Shown here: positions 7,725 to 17,455 of the stretch, one piece after another
How positions within the stretch are numbered: position 1 is the first letter of the stretch
Layout of the letters: every line of letters begins with the position of its first letter
Source: a virus
Lineage: Duplodnaviria; Caudoviricetes
Reading direction: 5' to 3' (one strand)
IMG/VR virus record: IMGVR_UViG_3300033987_000092
Location: 1 to 58,177 of that record
Length of the DNA stretch: 58,177 nt
Notes under the pieces: model-generated
Databases searched by the model: none
Told to the model about the DNA's origin: nothing
The model's input: only the letters and a program-made list of their open reading frames with translations
Position numbers and translations under genes: made by a program

Positions 7725-10700
7725 TGAAAATTCTTCATACATCCGACTGGCATATAGGGAATTATCCAGGACCCGAAGAAAACGGAGTCAACCTTCGAGG
7801 CAAGGATATATACGATTGCTTGCGTTTCATGACTGAAAAGGCTAAAGATGAACAACCAGATTTAATTGTTGTATCAGGTGATATATTCCATGCAGCTAAG
7901 GTATGGGCAGACAGAGGCCTGAATGAAACCTATAATGCCATCAACATTATAAAAGGCCTATCGGAAATTGCTCCTGTATGTGTGCTTCGTGGCACACCTA
8001 ACCATGATGGAGAGGAACAGTTCAAGATGTTGCAGGAGGTTTTTAAAGAGGAGCCAGCTATTACTATTTTCGATACCCCCCGAGCCGAGGTAATAAGTAC
8101 AAAAAGCGGTAACATTAATGTTGCCGCTCTCCCCGGCTTTGATAGAGGTGTATTCAGAGCTAAATTCCCGGGACTGTCAAAGGAAGAAGAAAACCAGGTA
8201 TTCACCGAGGAACTCGGAAAAATCGTACTTAGCCTAAAGGCAATGTGTCACCCAGCTTATAATTCAATCCTCTTGACACATTATACAGTACCTGGTTGCA
8301 ATACAGAAAGCGGACAGACACAATTCCTTGCACAGTTTGAACCCGTACTTCTTCCAGAGGCGTTGGATGCGGCTGGCTTTGATTTGGTAGCATTAGGCCA
8401 TATTCATAGACCACAGCAGGTAACCAGCTGTCTTAATACTTACTATGCTGGAGCTATAAATGCTTTGAATTTCAACGATGAAGGACAGGAACGCGGATTC
8501 TGGATACATGACTTTGAATATGGAACCCATGATTTCATAAAAACACCGCATAGAGAATTCAAAACCATCCGCATGTCCAACGAAGATATTGCTGCATTCA
8601 ACCTTGGCAGTATAGATGATGTTGCCACTAAATTATGGCGAGGTGAAATTGAAGGCAAAATTGTAAGGGTTCTTTATAACTGCACTGATGAATTAAATAA
8701 AGCCTTAAATAAAGCAATCCTTGAAAAAGAGTTATATTCAGACGGTGCATTTTGGGTACAGGAAATCACTCCTGAAAAAATCTTAATTACTGCAAACAGG
8801 AATGACCTTTCTGAAAGGAATTCCCCGGAGAACAATCTGAGAGAGTACCTGATAGAGAAGGCAATACCTGATGATAAGATAGTTGACATCATAGAAGCTG
8901 CACGGCCTATTATCGCCGAAGCTTCAGCAAACAGTATTACTGCATCTCTTACCGGTTTATTCGTACCGGTTGAAATTGAAGTGAAAAATTACAGAAATTA
9001 TCCGGAAGAGACCTTCAACTTTGATGATATTACTTTCTGTACCATAAACGGTCCTAATGGCGTAGGTAAAAGCTCACTGTTTATGGATGCCATCCTTGAC
9101 TGCCTCTATGAGGAACCAAGAGAAGGGGACATCACCGGGTGGATCAGCAACAACGAGAAAGCCCGTTCCGGAAGTATAAAATTTACCTTTAAGATAGGTG
9201 AAAGGACTTTCCGGGTTACAAGAACCAGGGCAAAAAGCGGTAAAGCAACGCTTAACCTGTCTGAGCTCGTAGACGGTGAATGGATAAACAGATCCAAGGA
9301 ACGCATGAACGATACCCAGGCTGAAATTATTAACATTCTCGGCATGGACAGCCTTACCCTGAGGAGCTGCGCCCTCATCATGCAGGACCAATACGGTTTA
9401 TTCCTCCAGGCTGATAAGGAAAGCAGAATGAGCATCCTCGGCAATATTCTTGGCCTTGGGATTTATGAAGACATGGAAAACATAGCAAGGGATAAGGTGA
9501 CAGAGCTTAACCGCCAGATTAGGCAAAACAACGATCAGATAGACAAACTCTCATTAACTCTTCCTGATGAGGAAGAAATTCATAGGAATATTGAAGCAGC
9601 TGAAATATCTATTGAGGCAAATAACCAAAAGATTAAGACATTCACTGATGAAGCTGACAAGCTTAAGCTTCGGTTAAATTCAAAGCTGGAGGCTGCTACA
9701 CGGGCCTTAAAGCTTAGCGAAGGTATTAACACCTTAAATAAGAAAAAGGCTGATGTAGAAGCCAACAGGAGCGCTCAGGTTGATATCCTGAACAACTCCA
9801 ACATCATTCTTTCACAGGAAAGTACCATTGTTGCCGGAGTTGCCAAGTATAATTCCTTACTGGCTCAGGAAAAGGAACTCATTACCGGCAAGGCTTTATA
9901 TGATGCGAAGAAAGCCGAATATCAAAAGCTTGTTGCCGATATTGAGGCTACCCAGGCAGAGATTGCAAGGCTGAACACTGAAAAGACCTCACTGGTAAGT
10001 AAGAAAAAGCCTTATGAAGATAAGGTTTCTATGGAAAGCCAGCTCAAGGCAAAGCATGAGCAATATACCACCGAAAAAGCAGCTCTCTCCATTCTCGAGG
10101 AGAAAGCAGGGGAATATATACGGGTCAGTAATGAGATATCTGCAGCTGAAAGACAGAAAGCCGTACTGCAGTCCCAATATGATACTGAGTACACCAGGCG
10201 CATTACTGAATATAGAAGCCTTAAGGAAAAGGCAGCTTTACTTGATAACAGCGGTTGTATTGATAAAGCAAATGCCAGATGCCGTTTCCTTGCGGATGCT
10301 CAGGATGCTAAATCAAAGCTGCTCCCATATAAAGATGACTGCCAAAAGTGGCAGGCAGAACAAAAGGTAAAGCTGGAAGAGGCTCAGAAGTACATTGATA
10401 CTCTTATTGATAGGCGTAACGCTTTAGGCTACAACCAGGAGACCATCAACAGCAAACGTGCTCTCATTTCAAGCCTTGAAAAAGCCTCAAAAGAGTATGA
10501 AGCAATACTGGGATACAAGGAGCAAATAAAGCTTATAAATGAACGCATACAAGCCATTGACAGTAAGGTTAACGAGCTGCAGGACAAGCTTAATGGTTAC
10601 ATCAAAGAAAAAAAGGTTGCCGGACAACAGCTAACAGAAATGAAAGTTGCAGCTGACAAGTATAACTCCCTTGTATTGGAGATTGAAGCTGCTAAGTCAT

Positions 10701-11557
10701 GGTTGGATAAAGAGAAGCTCCTTCCGGTAGCAAGGGAGAAAAAAGCTATAGCTGAAAACCGTATTGCTGAGCTGGATAAAGAGCTTACGGAAATTGTGGC
10801 AGAGATAATGACTAAGCAGCAGGATCTTGAAGCCGAGAACCAGACAGCATCCGGAAGTGATGAACTCAAATCACAGCTTACAGTACTGGAAACATCCATA
10901 TCCGACCTCCAGACCGAAATACAAAGGTTGTCAATGGATATCGGAGCTTACAACAAGCAGCTTGAAAATCTTCAGGAAGCAAAGGATGAAATATCAAGTC
11001 TTCAGCAGCTTGTAAAGGATTTAGCTGATAAAGTAACCATTTATGAGGAATTAAAAAAAGCATTCAGTCAAGATGGTGTTCCTCATAATATCATCCGGTC
11101 CATTGTACCAATGCTTGAAGCTACAGCAAATAACATACTCGGCCAAATGAGTGGCGGGAAAATGAGCGTAGAGTTTGTTACTGAAAAGCTGCTTAAAAGC
11201 AATAACAAAAAGGAAGTCGTTACTCTGGACATCTTTATTAACGACAATGGCAGGCTCCCGTACTTATCGAAGTCCGGCGGTGAGAGAGTGAAGTCTTCAC
11301 TATCAGTAATATTAGCTCTGGCAGAAATCAAGAGCAGCAGAGCCGGAATACAGCTTGGAATGCTGTTTATAGATGAACCTCCTTTCTTAGACAGTGATGG
11401 AATACAGGCTTACTGTGATGCCCTGGAGACAATCCAGAACAGGTATTCAGGATTAAAGATAATGGCCATCACGCATGATCCGACAATGAAGGCACGGTTC
11501 CCTCAGAGTATAGATATAGAGAAAACTGAGGAAGGAAGCAGGGTTATTTATGGGTAG
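7724..11557 (+). CDS. Fused SbcD/Mre11 nuclease - SbcC/Rad50 SMC-like ATPase
   Basis: Metallophosphoesterase motifs DWH, GDIFH, NHD, GHIH; then Walker A GPNGVGKS, long coiled coil, signature KSGGE, Walker B LFIDE, H-loop ITH in one frame. Confidence 0.92.
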   Translation: MKILHTSDWHIGNYPGPEENGVNLRGKDIYDCLRFMTEKAKDEQPDLIVVSGDIFHAAKVWADRGLNETYNAINIIKGLSEIAPVCVLRGTPNHDGEEQFKMLQEVFKEEPAITIFDTPRAEVISTKSGNINVAALPGFDRGVFRAKFPGLSKEEENQVFTEELGKIVLSLKAMCHPAYNSILLTHYTVPGCNTESGQTQFLAQFEPVLLPEALDAAGFDLVALGHIHRPQQVTSCLNTYYAGAINALNFNDEGQERGFWIHDFEYGTHDFIKTPHREFKTIRMSNEDIAAFNLGSIDDVATKLWRGEIEGKIVRVLYNCTDELNKALNKAILEKELYSDGAFWVQEITPEKILITANRNDLSERNSPENNLREYLIEKAIPDDKIVDIIEAARPIIAEASANSITASLTGLFVPVEIEVKNYRNYPEETFNFDDITFCTINGPNGVGKSSLFMDAILDCLYEEPREGDITGWISNNEKARSGSIKFTFKIGERTFRVTRTRAKSGKATLNLSELVDGEWINRSKERMNDTQAEIINILGMDSLTLRSCALIMQDQYGLFLQADKESRMSILGNILGLGIYEDMENIARDKVTELNRQIRQNNDQIDKLSLTLPDEEEIHRNIEAAEISIEANNQKIKTFTDEADKLKLRLNSKLEAATRALKLSEGINTLNKKKADVEANRSAQVDILNNSNIILSQESTIVAGVAKYNSLLAQEKELITGKALYDAKKAEYQKLVADIEATQAEIARLNTEKTSLVSKKKPYEDKVSMESQLKAKHEQYTTEKAALSILEEKAGEYIRVSNEISAAERQKAVLQSQYDTEYTRRITEYRSLKEKAALLDNSGCIDKANARCRFLADAQDAKSKLLPYKDDCQKWQAEQKVKLEEAQKYIDTLIDRRNALGYNQETINSKRALISSLEKASKEYEAILGYKEQIKLINERIQAIDSKVNELQDKLNGYIKEKKVAGQQLTEMKVAADKYNSLVLEIEAAKSWLDKEKLLPVAREKKAIAENRIAELDKELTEIVAEIMTKQQDLEAENQTASGSDELKSQLTVLETSISDLQTEIQRLSMDIGAYNKQLENLQEAKDEISSLQQLVKDLADKVTIYEELKKAFSQDGVPHNIIRSIVPMLEATANNILGQMSGGKMSVEFVTEKLLKSNNKKEVVTLDIFINDNGRLPYLSKSGGERVKSSLSVILALAEIKSSRAGIQLGMLFIDEPPFLDSDGIQAYCDALETIQNRYSGLKIMAITHDPTMKARFPQSIDIEKTEEGSRVIYG

Positions 11558-11607
11558 GCAGGGGTCTAAACTCCCCTGCAAATCCCTTTGAGATGGGAGG
11601 TGGTATT

Positions 11608-12537
11608 TTGGCGAGGCCTACAAAGCAAACAGTAGATTATTTTCCCCACTTCGTTACTGAAAGCAAGACGAAGTTTATGCTGGAAAATCGATACGGAAAT
11701 GATGGCTATGCATTCTGGTTTAAGCTTCTGGAGCTTCTTTGTAGAAGTGATGGACATTTTTATGATTGCAGCAGTGTTTCAGACTGGGAATATCTACTGG
11801 CATTAACTAAAGTTCCAGAAGAAACCGCTTTAGAGATATTAGAGAAATTGTCAGACATGGGGAAGATTGATAGCAGTTTATGGAGCAAACATAAAGTAAT
11901 TTGGTGTGAATCTTTGGTGAACAATTTAGCACCAGTTTACTCAAAAAGGACAGTTTCTGCACCGAAAAAACCAGAATATGATGAGTTTCCGAACCGAAAA
12001 CCCCACGAAAACGATGTTACTGGCACCGATAATCCACAAAGTAAAGTAGAGGAAAGTATAGGAGATAAAAGTATAACTCCCCCTATATCCCCCTCAAGGG
12101 GGAATGAAAAAGCGAAGGATAACTCCGGCGAGAGCCTATTGGTTGAAACGGCCACAGGTGATCCATCTCAGGTTAGCCCCTCCAAGACCCGGAAATCTCG
12201 TAAAAAAGCTGAGTTAACAGCAAGCCAAAGAGCATCGTTTGATAGATTTTGGGAGTTGTGGCCAAACAAAGTGAGCAAGGGTCAGGCAGAAATTACATGG
12301 GCCAAAATGGATCCGGATGAAGAATTGTTTAAGGCGATTTTAGCAGGTGTAGAAAGAGCAAAAAAATACGATAAGCGATTTCTGGACGGATACATGCCTC
12401 ATGCTTCAACCTGGTTAAATGCTAAAGGATGGCTTGATGAGTTTAACAATGAAGGGGGTGTGGCAATTGGAACAAATAAGCAAATTACTGTACAGTCCGG
12501 TTTTAGACCAAGCACAGGATTCAGAAAAAAGGTCTAA
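11608..12537 (+). CDS. Phage replication initiator (DUF4373/Lin1244-like N-terminus)
   Basis: MARPTKQTVDYFPH..LENRYGNDGYAFWFKLLE; C-terminal FDRFWELWP..HASTWLN domain; TTG start after GGAGGTGG. Confidence 0.82.
   Translation: MARPTKQTVDYFPHFVTESKTKFMLENRYGNDGYAFWFKLLELLCRSDGHFYDCSSVSDWEYLLALTKVPEETALEILEKLSDMGKIDSSLWSKHKVIWCESLVNNLAPVYSKRTVSAPKKPEYDEFPNRKPHENDVTGTDNPQSKVEESIGDKSITPPISPSRGNEKAKDNSGESLLVETATGDPSQVSPSKTRKSRKKAELTASQRASFDRFWELWPNKVSKGQAEITWAKMDPDEELFKAILAGVERAKKYDKRFLDGYMPHASTWLNAKGWLDEFNNEGGVAIGTNKQITVQSGFRPSTGFRKKV
11952..12075. other. Candidate replication origin inside the initiator gene
   Basis: Three imperfect ~21-bp repeats at 11952, 11984, 12015 followed by a purine-rich tract. 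Confidence 0.4.
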
Positions 12538-13405
12538 TGTGGTTACATCTTTGGAAGCAGAGCAATATGGCATAAAATGCAAAAAGAAACCACCAGAACC
12601 AAAGGAGTGCGAGTTTTGCGGAAAGACATTATACCATGAGGGGGTTATCCTGTTTGATCAGGTAGCTTTCTGGTCACCAGCTCCCCAGCGTTGCACCTGT
12701 GAGGCAGCGGTAAAGTATTGGACTGATTATGAGGGAAAACAGCGTCAAGCCAAGGAGCAGGAGGAATTAGCAAGAAAAAGGGCAGCAATGCAGGAAAAGA
12801 TAAAGAAGTTGCTTGGACAAAGCGGCCTCAAAAAAAGGTTTCTTAACAGGACATTTGGAAACTACAGAGCAAGAACACCGGAGCAGAGAAAGGCTTACGC
12901 TGTGGCAAAGGCATATGCTGACAGGTTTTCGGAGTTTTATGAGAGAGGGGAAGGCCTATACATAGAGGGGACAAATGGCACCGGGAAAACTCATTTAGCA
13001 GCTGCTATAGCACTGCAGCTCATTCATCAGGGCATACCGGTAATTTGCAAGACATCAATAGATCTGCTGGATGATATCAAGAAAGCTTTTGATGATAACC
13101 AGGTGAGCGAATATGAAGTGCTAAAAGTCTACAAGCAAGTGGATTTGCTGATAATTGATGACCTGGGCAAGGAGCAATGTACTGATTGGTCCATGTCAAC
13201 CCTTTATTCCATCCTCAATGACCGGTACGAGGATATGAAGCCGACAATCATAACCACTAATTTCAATGAGGATGACCTCATAAGGAACCTAACTCCAAAA
13301 GGTTATGAAAATAAAAAAATTGTGGCAATTATAAGCCGCCTGCGTGAGGTATCAACGGTTATTACCATGGCCTGGGAGGATTATAGGAGTGGTGGCTATG
13401 AGTAA
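12467..13405 (+). CDS. DnaC/IstB-like AAA+ helicase loader
   Basis: Zn-binding CEFC..CTC, Walker A GTNGTGKT, Walker B LLIIDDLG, 'TIITTN'. Confidence 0.9.
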   Translation: MEQISKLLYSPVLDQAQDSEKRSNVVTSLEAEQYGIKCKKKPPEPKECEFCGKTLYHEGVILFDQVAFWSPAPQRCTCEAAVKYWTDYEGKQRQAKEQEELARKRAAMQEKIKKLLGQSGLKKRFLNRTFGNYRARTPEQRKAYAVAKAYADRFSEFYERGEGLYIEGTNGTGKTHLAAAIALQLIHQGIPVICKTSIDLLDDIKKAFDDNQVSEYEVLKVYKQVDLLIIDDLGKEQCTDWSMSTLYSILNDRYEDMKPTIITTNFNEDDLIRNLTPKGYENKKIVAIISRLREVSTVITMAWEDYRSGGYE

Positions 13406-14387
13406 AAATCAAGCTATTTCAGATTACCGGAAAGAGATTGTAAAGACAATAAGCGATTTGGGTTATAGGCACTCAACCTGGCAGGTGCCTTCGGACTTCG
13501 TTGAAATGTCAGCTATAGCACTGAGTAATACGGTTGACTGGATCCACAGAGAAGAAAGGGAGAAACGGTACCTTGAAATTATAAATACTTACAGCAAGAG
13601 TGAGCAGGAAAGGTTCCCTGAAATGCTTGCATACCTGACAAACGCCATGGAAGATAGCTTGGTTCTTAATGGAGGACCTACTGATATTCTCGGTCAGGTA
13701 TTCCACGAGTTAGAACTCCACAACAAGTGGAAAGGGCAATTTTTTACACCAGTGCATATTTGTGAAGCTATGGGAATGATTACAGTTTCCGATAAAGCAC
13801 AAATGGTTAAAGAAAAAGGTTTTATAACAGTATGTGAGCCATGTGTCGGAAGTGGTGCTATGGTATTGGGCTTTGCAAAAGCTATGAAAGCAAATGGGAT
13901 GAATTATTGCTCACAAATGGTGGTTACTGCTCAGGATATAGATTTGAAATGTGTTCATATGGCATATCTGCAGCTTTCATTGTATGGAATACCGGCAGTG
14001 GTTATCCATGGTAACACCTTAACTGTAGAAGAATGGTCCAGGTGGTACACCCCGGTATACATGCTTGATGGCTGGATATGGAGGCAGCAATGCGGGATGA
14101 CAGATGCCAGAAATGCTGAAGATGAAGTTATCAAAAGAAGCATGGATCCCATGTATGATAAGCTCCGCAGAGTACTCGGGTATGAGAAAAATGTTACCGA
14201 AACTGCAGAAAACGCTATTGAAGAGCCTGAAATTGTTGCTGAACCTACTCAAATTGTTATTGAAAGCGCTGTACCTGTGAAAGGTATCAGTGAAATTTCT
14301 GGCCAGTCAAGACAGATTAAAGGCAAGAAGAAAGGGCGGGTAAAGGAAGAGTTTGACCAGTTGTCACTCTTTGATATAGCCAAATGA
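13398..14387 (+). CDS. N6-adenine methyltransferase-like protein (SAM-binding half, no NPPY)
   Basis: GQFFTP and EPCVGSG motifs, QDID, HGNTL; ends in QLSLF. Confidence 0.75.
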   Translation: MSKNQAISDYRKEIVKTISDLGYRHSTWQVPSDFVEMSAIALSNTVDWIHREEREKRYLEIINTYSKSEQERFPEMLAYLTNAMEDSLVLNGGPTDILGQVFHELELHNKWKGQFFTPVHICEAMGMITVSDKAQMVKEKGFITVCEPCVGSGAMVLGFAKAMKANGMNYCSQMVVTAQDIDLKCVHMAYLQLSLYGIPAVVIHGNTLTVEEWSRWYTPVYMLDGWIWRQQCGMTDARNAEDEVIKRSMDPMYDKLRRVLGYEKNVTETAENAIEEPEIVAEPTQIVIESAVPVKGISEISGQSRQIKGKKKGRVKEEFDQLSLFDIAK

Positions 14388-14400
14388 AAGGAGAGTATAC

Positions 14401-15222
14401 ATGAGTAAGATATTCGGAGATTTTAATAATCTATATGACCTTAATGAAACAGCAAGAAATTTAAGGGGAGCAGGGGAGTATGATGATCTGCTGGTTTTAG
14501 GCTTGGAGAACGGGCTGGATGAGGACACAGTAAAAAAGTTTTATGAAGGAGATAGCCAGTTCCTTATTGAGGAGCAGGAGAAAGTTCAGAAGTGCCGTGT
14601 ATGTGGCTGCAGCTGGAATAATCCTTGTGAAGGTGGTTGTTATTGGGTAGAGCCGGATCTGTGCAGCAAATGTGCGGAGGAAATGAAAAAAGCAACTACT
14701 TACACTGAAGAAAAACAGGAACCGCAAACAGAAACAGCTGAAGAAAAGCTCAAAAATGAAGCTGGTACGGCCAAGAATGATACGGTACCTACTCAGCCTA
14801 TATCGAAGCATCTTATAGCAAAGTGCAAAGAGGATGCCGAGTTTGCAAAGCTGGTACTCCAGCCTCATAAGACGCTTGAAAAATGCTTTAATCATGTGGA
14901 AAGTGAAGCTCGGAAGAAACTGAATAACCGCACCGGGTGGATTAATGATAATGAAGTCTATGCTTGGGCAGAGGATTATTACAGGTTGGATGACGCCGAA
15001 CTGGAGCGGATTAAAGCTGAAAATAAAAAGAAAGAGGAAGAGAAGAGGAAAAAGGAAGCTGAAAAGGCAAAGAGCGCTCCAGCAGTGGAAAAGTCAACCC
15101 CGACCAAAGAGGCACCAAAGAAGGTTGAAGCTGCACCTTCAAGAGATAAAGCGAAGAAATCTAAGCATGAACCGGAAGGACAGTTATCATTGTTTGATTT
15201 TGGGGGTGCAGGTGTTGAATAA
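14401..15222 (+). CDS. PcfK-like protein with Cys-rich insert
   Basis: 'CKEDAEFAKLVLQPHKTLEKCF..EARK..DNEVYAWAEDYY' and C-terminal GQLSLFDF; precedes PcfJ-like gene. Confidence 0.7.
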   Translation: MSKIFGDFNNLYDLNETARNLRGAGEYDDLLVLGLENGLDEDTVKKFYEGDSQFLIEEQEKVQKCRVCGCSWNNPCEGGCYWVEPDLCSKCAEEMKKATTYTEEKQEPQTETAEEKLKNEAGTAKNDTVPTQPISKHLIAKCKEDAEFAKLVLQPHKTLEKCFNHVESEARKKLNNRTGWINDNEVYAWAEDYYRLDDAELERIKAENKKKEEEKRKKEAEKAKSAPAVEKSTPTKEAPKKVEAAPSRDKAKKSKHEPEGQLSLFDFGGAGVE

Positions 15223-17212
15223 AAGAGCACTAGCAAAATTGCCGGAAAAGGCGGCAAAAGAGGAATATATAAGTCTTGCAAAGAGAGTTGAAAATGCTAA
15301 ATACTTTGTTGCTGCAATAATTACAGAGGTTGAGAATGAAAAAATACTGCTCTTGAATTTCTATTCCCAATGCGACCTGAGAGAAGAAAAAACAAGAGCA
15401 GCCTTCAGGGTATTCCTGAATCAAGATGATTATATCACACAGGACCTAAGAACTGTCAAATCAAAGTGGAAAACAGCTTCATTAAAAAGCTTGGTAGACG
15501 CATGGCAATGGCCGAAATGGTGTGTCTGTGTGGATGATCAATCTGAAAAAGCAATTAGAAGCTTTATTAAATGCGGTAAAACTGTATTTGCAGGGCTTGA
15601 GGATTTTCAAGAAGCCATTATGAAGAAACGCCTTGCCCAAAAGCACAAAAAAATTACTGACAAGATTGATAAACAGATGGAGATGGTACCGGAGCTCCCG
15701 GGGGATTTTAACAAATGGATAGAGGAAACGGTCTTGTTTAAGAGCAGATATATTTATTATGAGTATAAATCCTCCAGGAAGCTCATGAAAGGCTACTGCA
15801 CCTACTGTAAAACGGATGTTTTGGTAGAAAAGCCAAGGCATAACCAGGAGGGGATATGTCCCAACTGCAAGAGCCCAATAACATATAAGGCACTTGGAAA
15901 ATCAAAAAAAGTGCATGATTATGCTGAAGCTGCTCTGTTTCAGAAATTTGATAAAGGCTTTATCATCAGGTATTTCAAAGTGGGCAGAGAATTTAATGAG
16001 CATTACAGAAAGCCTAAAACTCATTGGTTTGAAGCAACAAGAGATTTCTACTATATAAGTAGCGATAGAATAAAGTCTTATGAATGGGCTAATTTTAAAC
16101 AGACAGGAAATGTAAGGTGGTGTGATTATAGAGGTAAATGGTATTTTCATAATACAGCTGTGTATGATGCCAACCTTGATGATGTTTTGAAAGATACAAA
16201 GTGGAAGTATTCAGCGCTTAAAGAGTTTGCTACTCATAAGCCAGGGATAGGATTTAATGTTGACAGATATCTATCAGCTTATAAGGACTATCCGTTTATT
16301 GAGTATTTTGTTAAGTTAAAGCTCTACAGGCTTACCTATGAGGTAGTGCAAGGGCATATGGTAACAAACTGGATTAACGCAAAAGGTAAAAACATGCAGG
16401 AAATATTAAAGATTTCTAAAAAATCATTGCCTTTGCTACAGAAGATAGATGCTTCCTTAGAAGAATTAAGGCTTGTCCAAGTGATGGAGAGAGAAGGGCT
16501 GAACTTGTCACCGGAGCAGATAAGGTATATATGTGATAATCTTGGCTGTGCAACCGGACTCCTTGAACTGTCAAGATATACCACTGTGAATAAGGCTCTT
16601 AATTATCTTTCTGTTCAAGCTGAAAAAATCAAGAAAAATCAAGATCAGCGGAATTATATGCATTTAGAAAGGGATACCAAGCTATCAATTGCTTATCGTG
16701 ACTGGATGGACTATATAGGGTTTTGCAAGGAACTGAGATATGACCTAAAAAATGAATTTATACTTTACCCCAAAAACCTAAAACAGGAACACGATAGAGC
16801 TGCCAAGTTGGTACAGGCCAAACGTGATAAGGAAGAAGCCCGAAGGCAGAGAAAGATGAAAAATAAAATAAAGGTCATGGCCAAAGAACTCACTGAAAAG
16901 TATGGGATGGAATATAAGGGACTTGTAGTAAGAGCTCCTCAAAATGCAGATGAGTTGATTAAAGAAGGACAAATTCTACACCATTGCGTTGGTACCTATA
17001 TAAAACAAATTGCAGAGGGCATAACAGTAGTTTTATTTATCCGAAAGGTTGAAACTCTGGATGAGCCGTACTGCACTATGGAAGTTAAAGATGGAAAGAT
17101 AGTCCAATGCAGAGGTAAGAACAATACAGATATGACAGATAAACTTAAAAGCTTCTTAAATAAATTTGAGAAAACAAAGCTGGTTCCGCAATTACAAAAA
17201 AAGGCAATGTAG
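15215..17212 (+). CDS. PcfJ-like protein
   Basis: CTYC..CPNC Zn ribbon; C-terminal 'DWMDY..PKNLKQEHD..EGQILHHCVGTY..QCRGKNN'. Confidence 0.85.
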   Translation: MNKRALAKLPEKAAKEEYISLAKRVENAKYFVAAIITEVENEKILLLNFYSQCDLREEKTRAAFRVFLNQDDYITQDLRTVKSKWKTASLKSLVDAWQWPKWCVCVDDQSEKAIRSFIKCGKTVFAGLEDFQEAIMKKRLAQKHKKITDKIDKQMEMVPELPGDFNKWIEETVLFKSRYIYYEYKSSRKLMKGYCTYCKTDVLVEKPRHNQEGICPNCKSPITYKALGKSKKVHDYAEAALFQKFDKGFIIRYFKVGREFNEHYRKPKTHWFEATRDFYYISSDRIKSYEWANFKQTGNVRWCDYRGKWYFHNTAVYDANLDDVLKDTKWKYSALKEFATHKPGIGFNVDRYLSAYKDYPFIEYFVKLKLYRLTYEVVQGHMVTNWINAKGKNMQEILKISKKSLPLLQKIDASLEELRLVQVMEREGLNLSPEQIRYICDNLGCATGLLELSRYTTVNKALNYLSVQAEKIKKNQDQRNYMHLERDTKLSIAYRDWMDYIGFCKELRYDLKNEFILYPKNLKQEHDRAAKLVQAKRDKEEARRQRKMKNKIKVMAKELTEKYGMEYKGLVVRAPQNADELIKEGQILHHCVGTYIKQIAEGITVVLFIRKVETLDEPYCTMEVKDGKIVQCRGKNNTDMTDKLKSFLNKFEKTKLVPQLQKKAM

Positions 17213-17227
17213 ACAGGGGGTTATATT

Positions 17228-17455
17228 ATGTGGATAAGAAGCCAGGATAGACGTTCATTTGGTGATTACAAAGAAGTTTATATTGTTGAAGCCTCAATAA
17301 TGGGAGTTTCAGGAGCTGCAGATGATACTAAGCTGGGAGACTATGATACACCAGAAAGAGCTTTGGAAGTGATAGATAAATTAGAGAACCATATTCGTGA
17401 CAATAGAACGATTTTTTATATGCCCAAGGAGAAGGGGGGAAGTAATAATGAATAA
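17228..17455 (+). CDS. Hypothetical phage protein
   Basis: MWIRSQD...LGDYDTPERALEV; AGGGGG RBS. Confidence 0.7.
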   Translation: MWIRSQDRRSFGDYKEVYIVEASIMGVSGAADDTKLGDYDTPERALEVIDKLENHIRDNRTIFYMPKEKGGSNNE

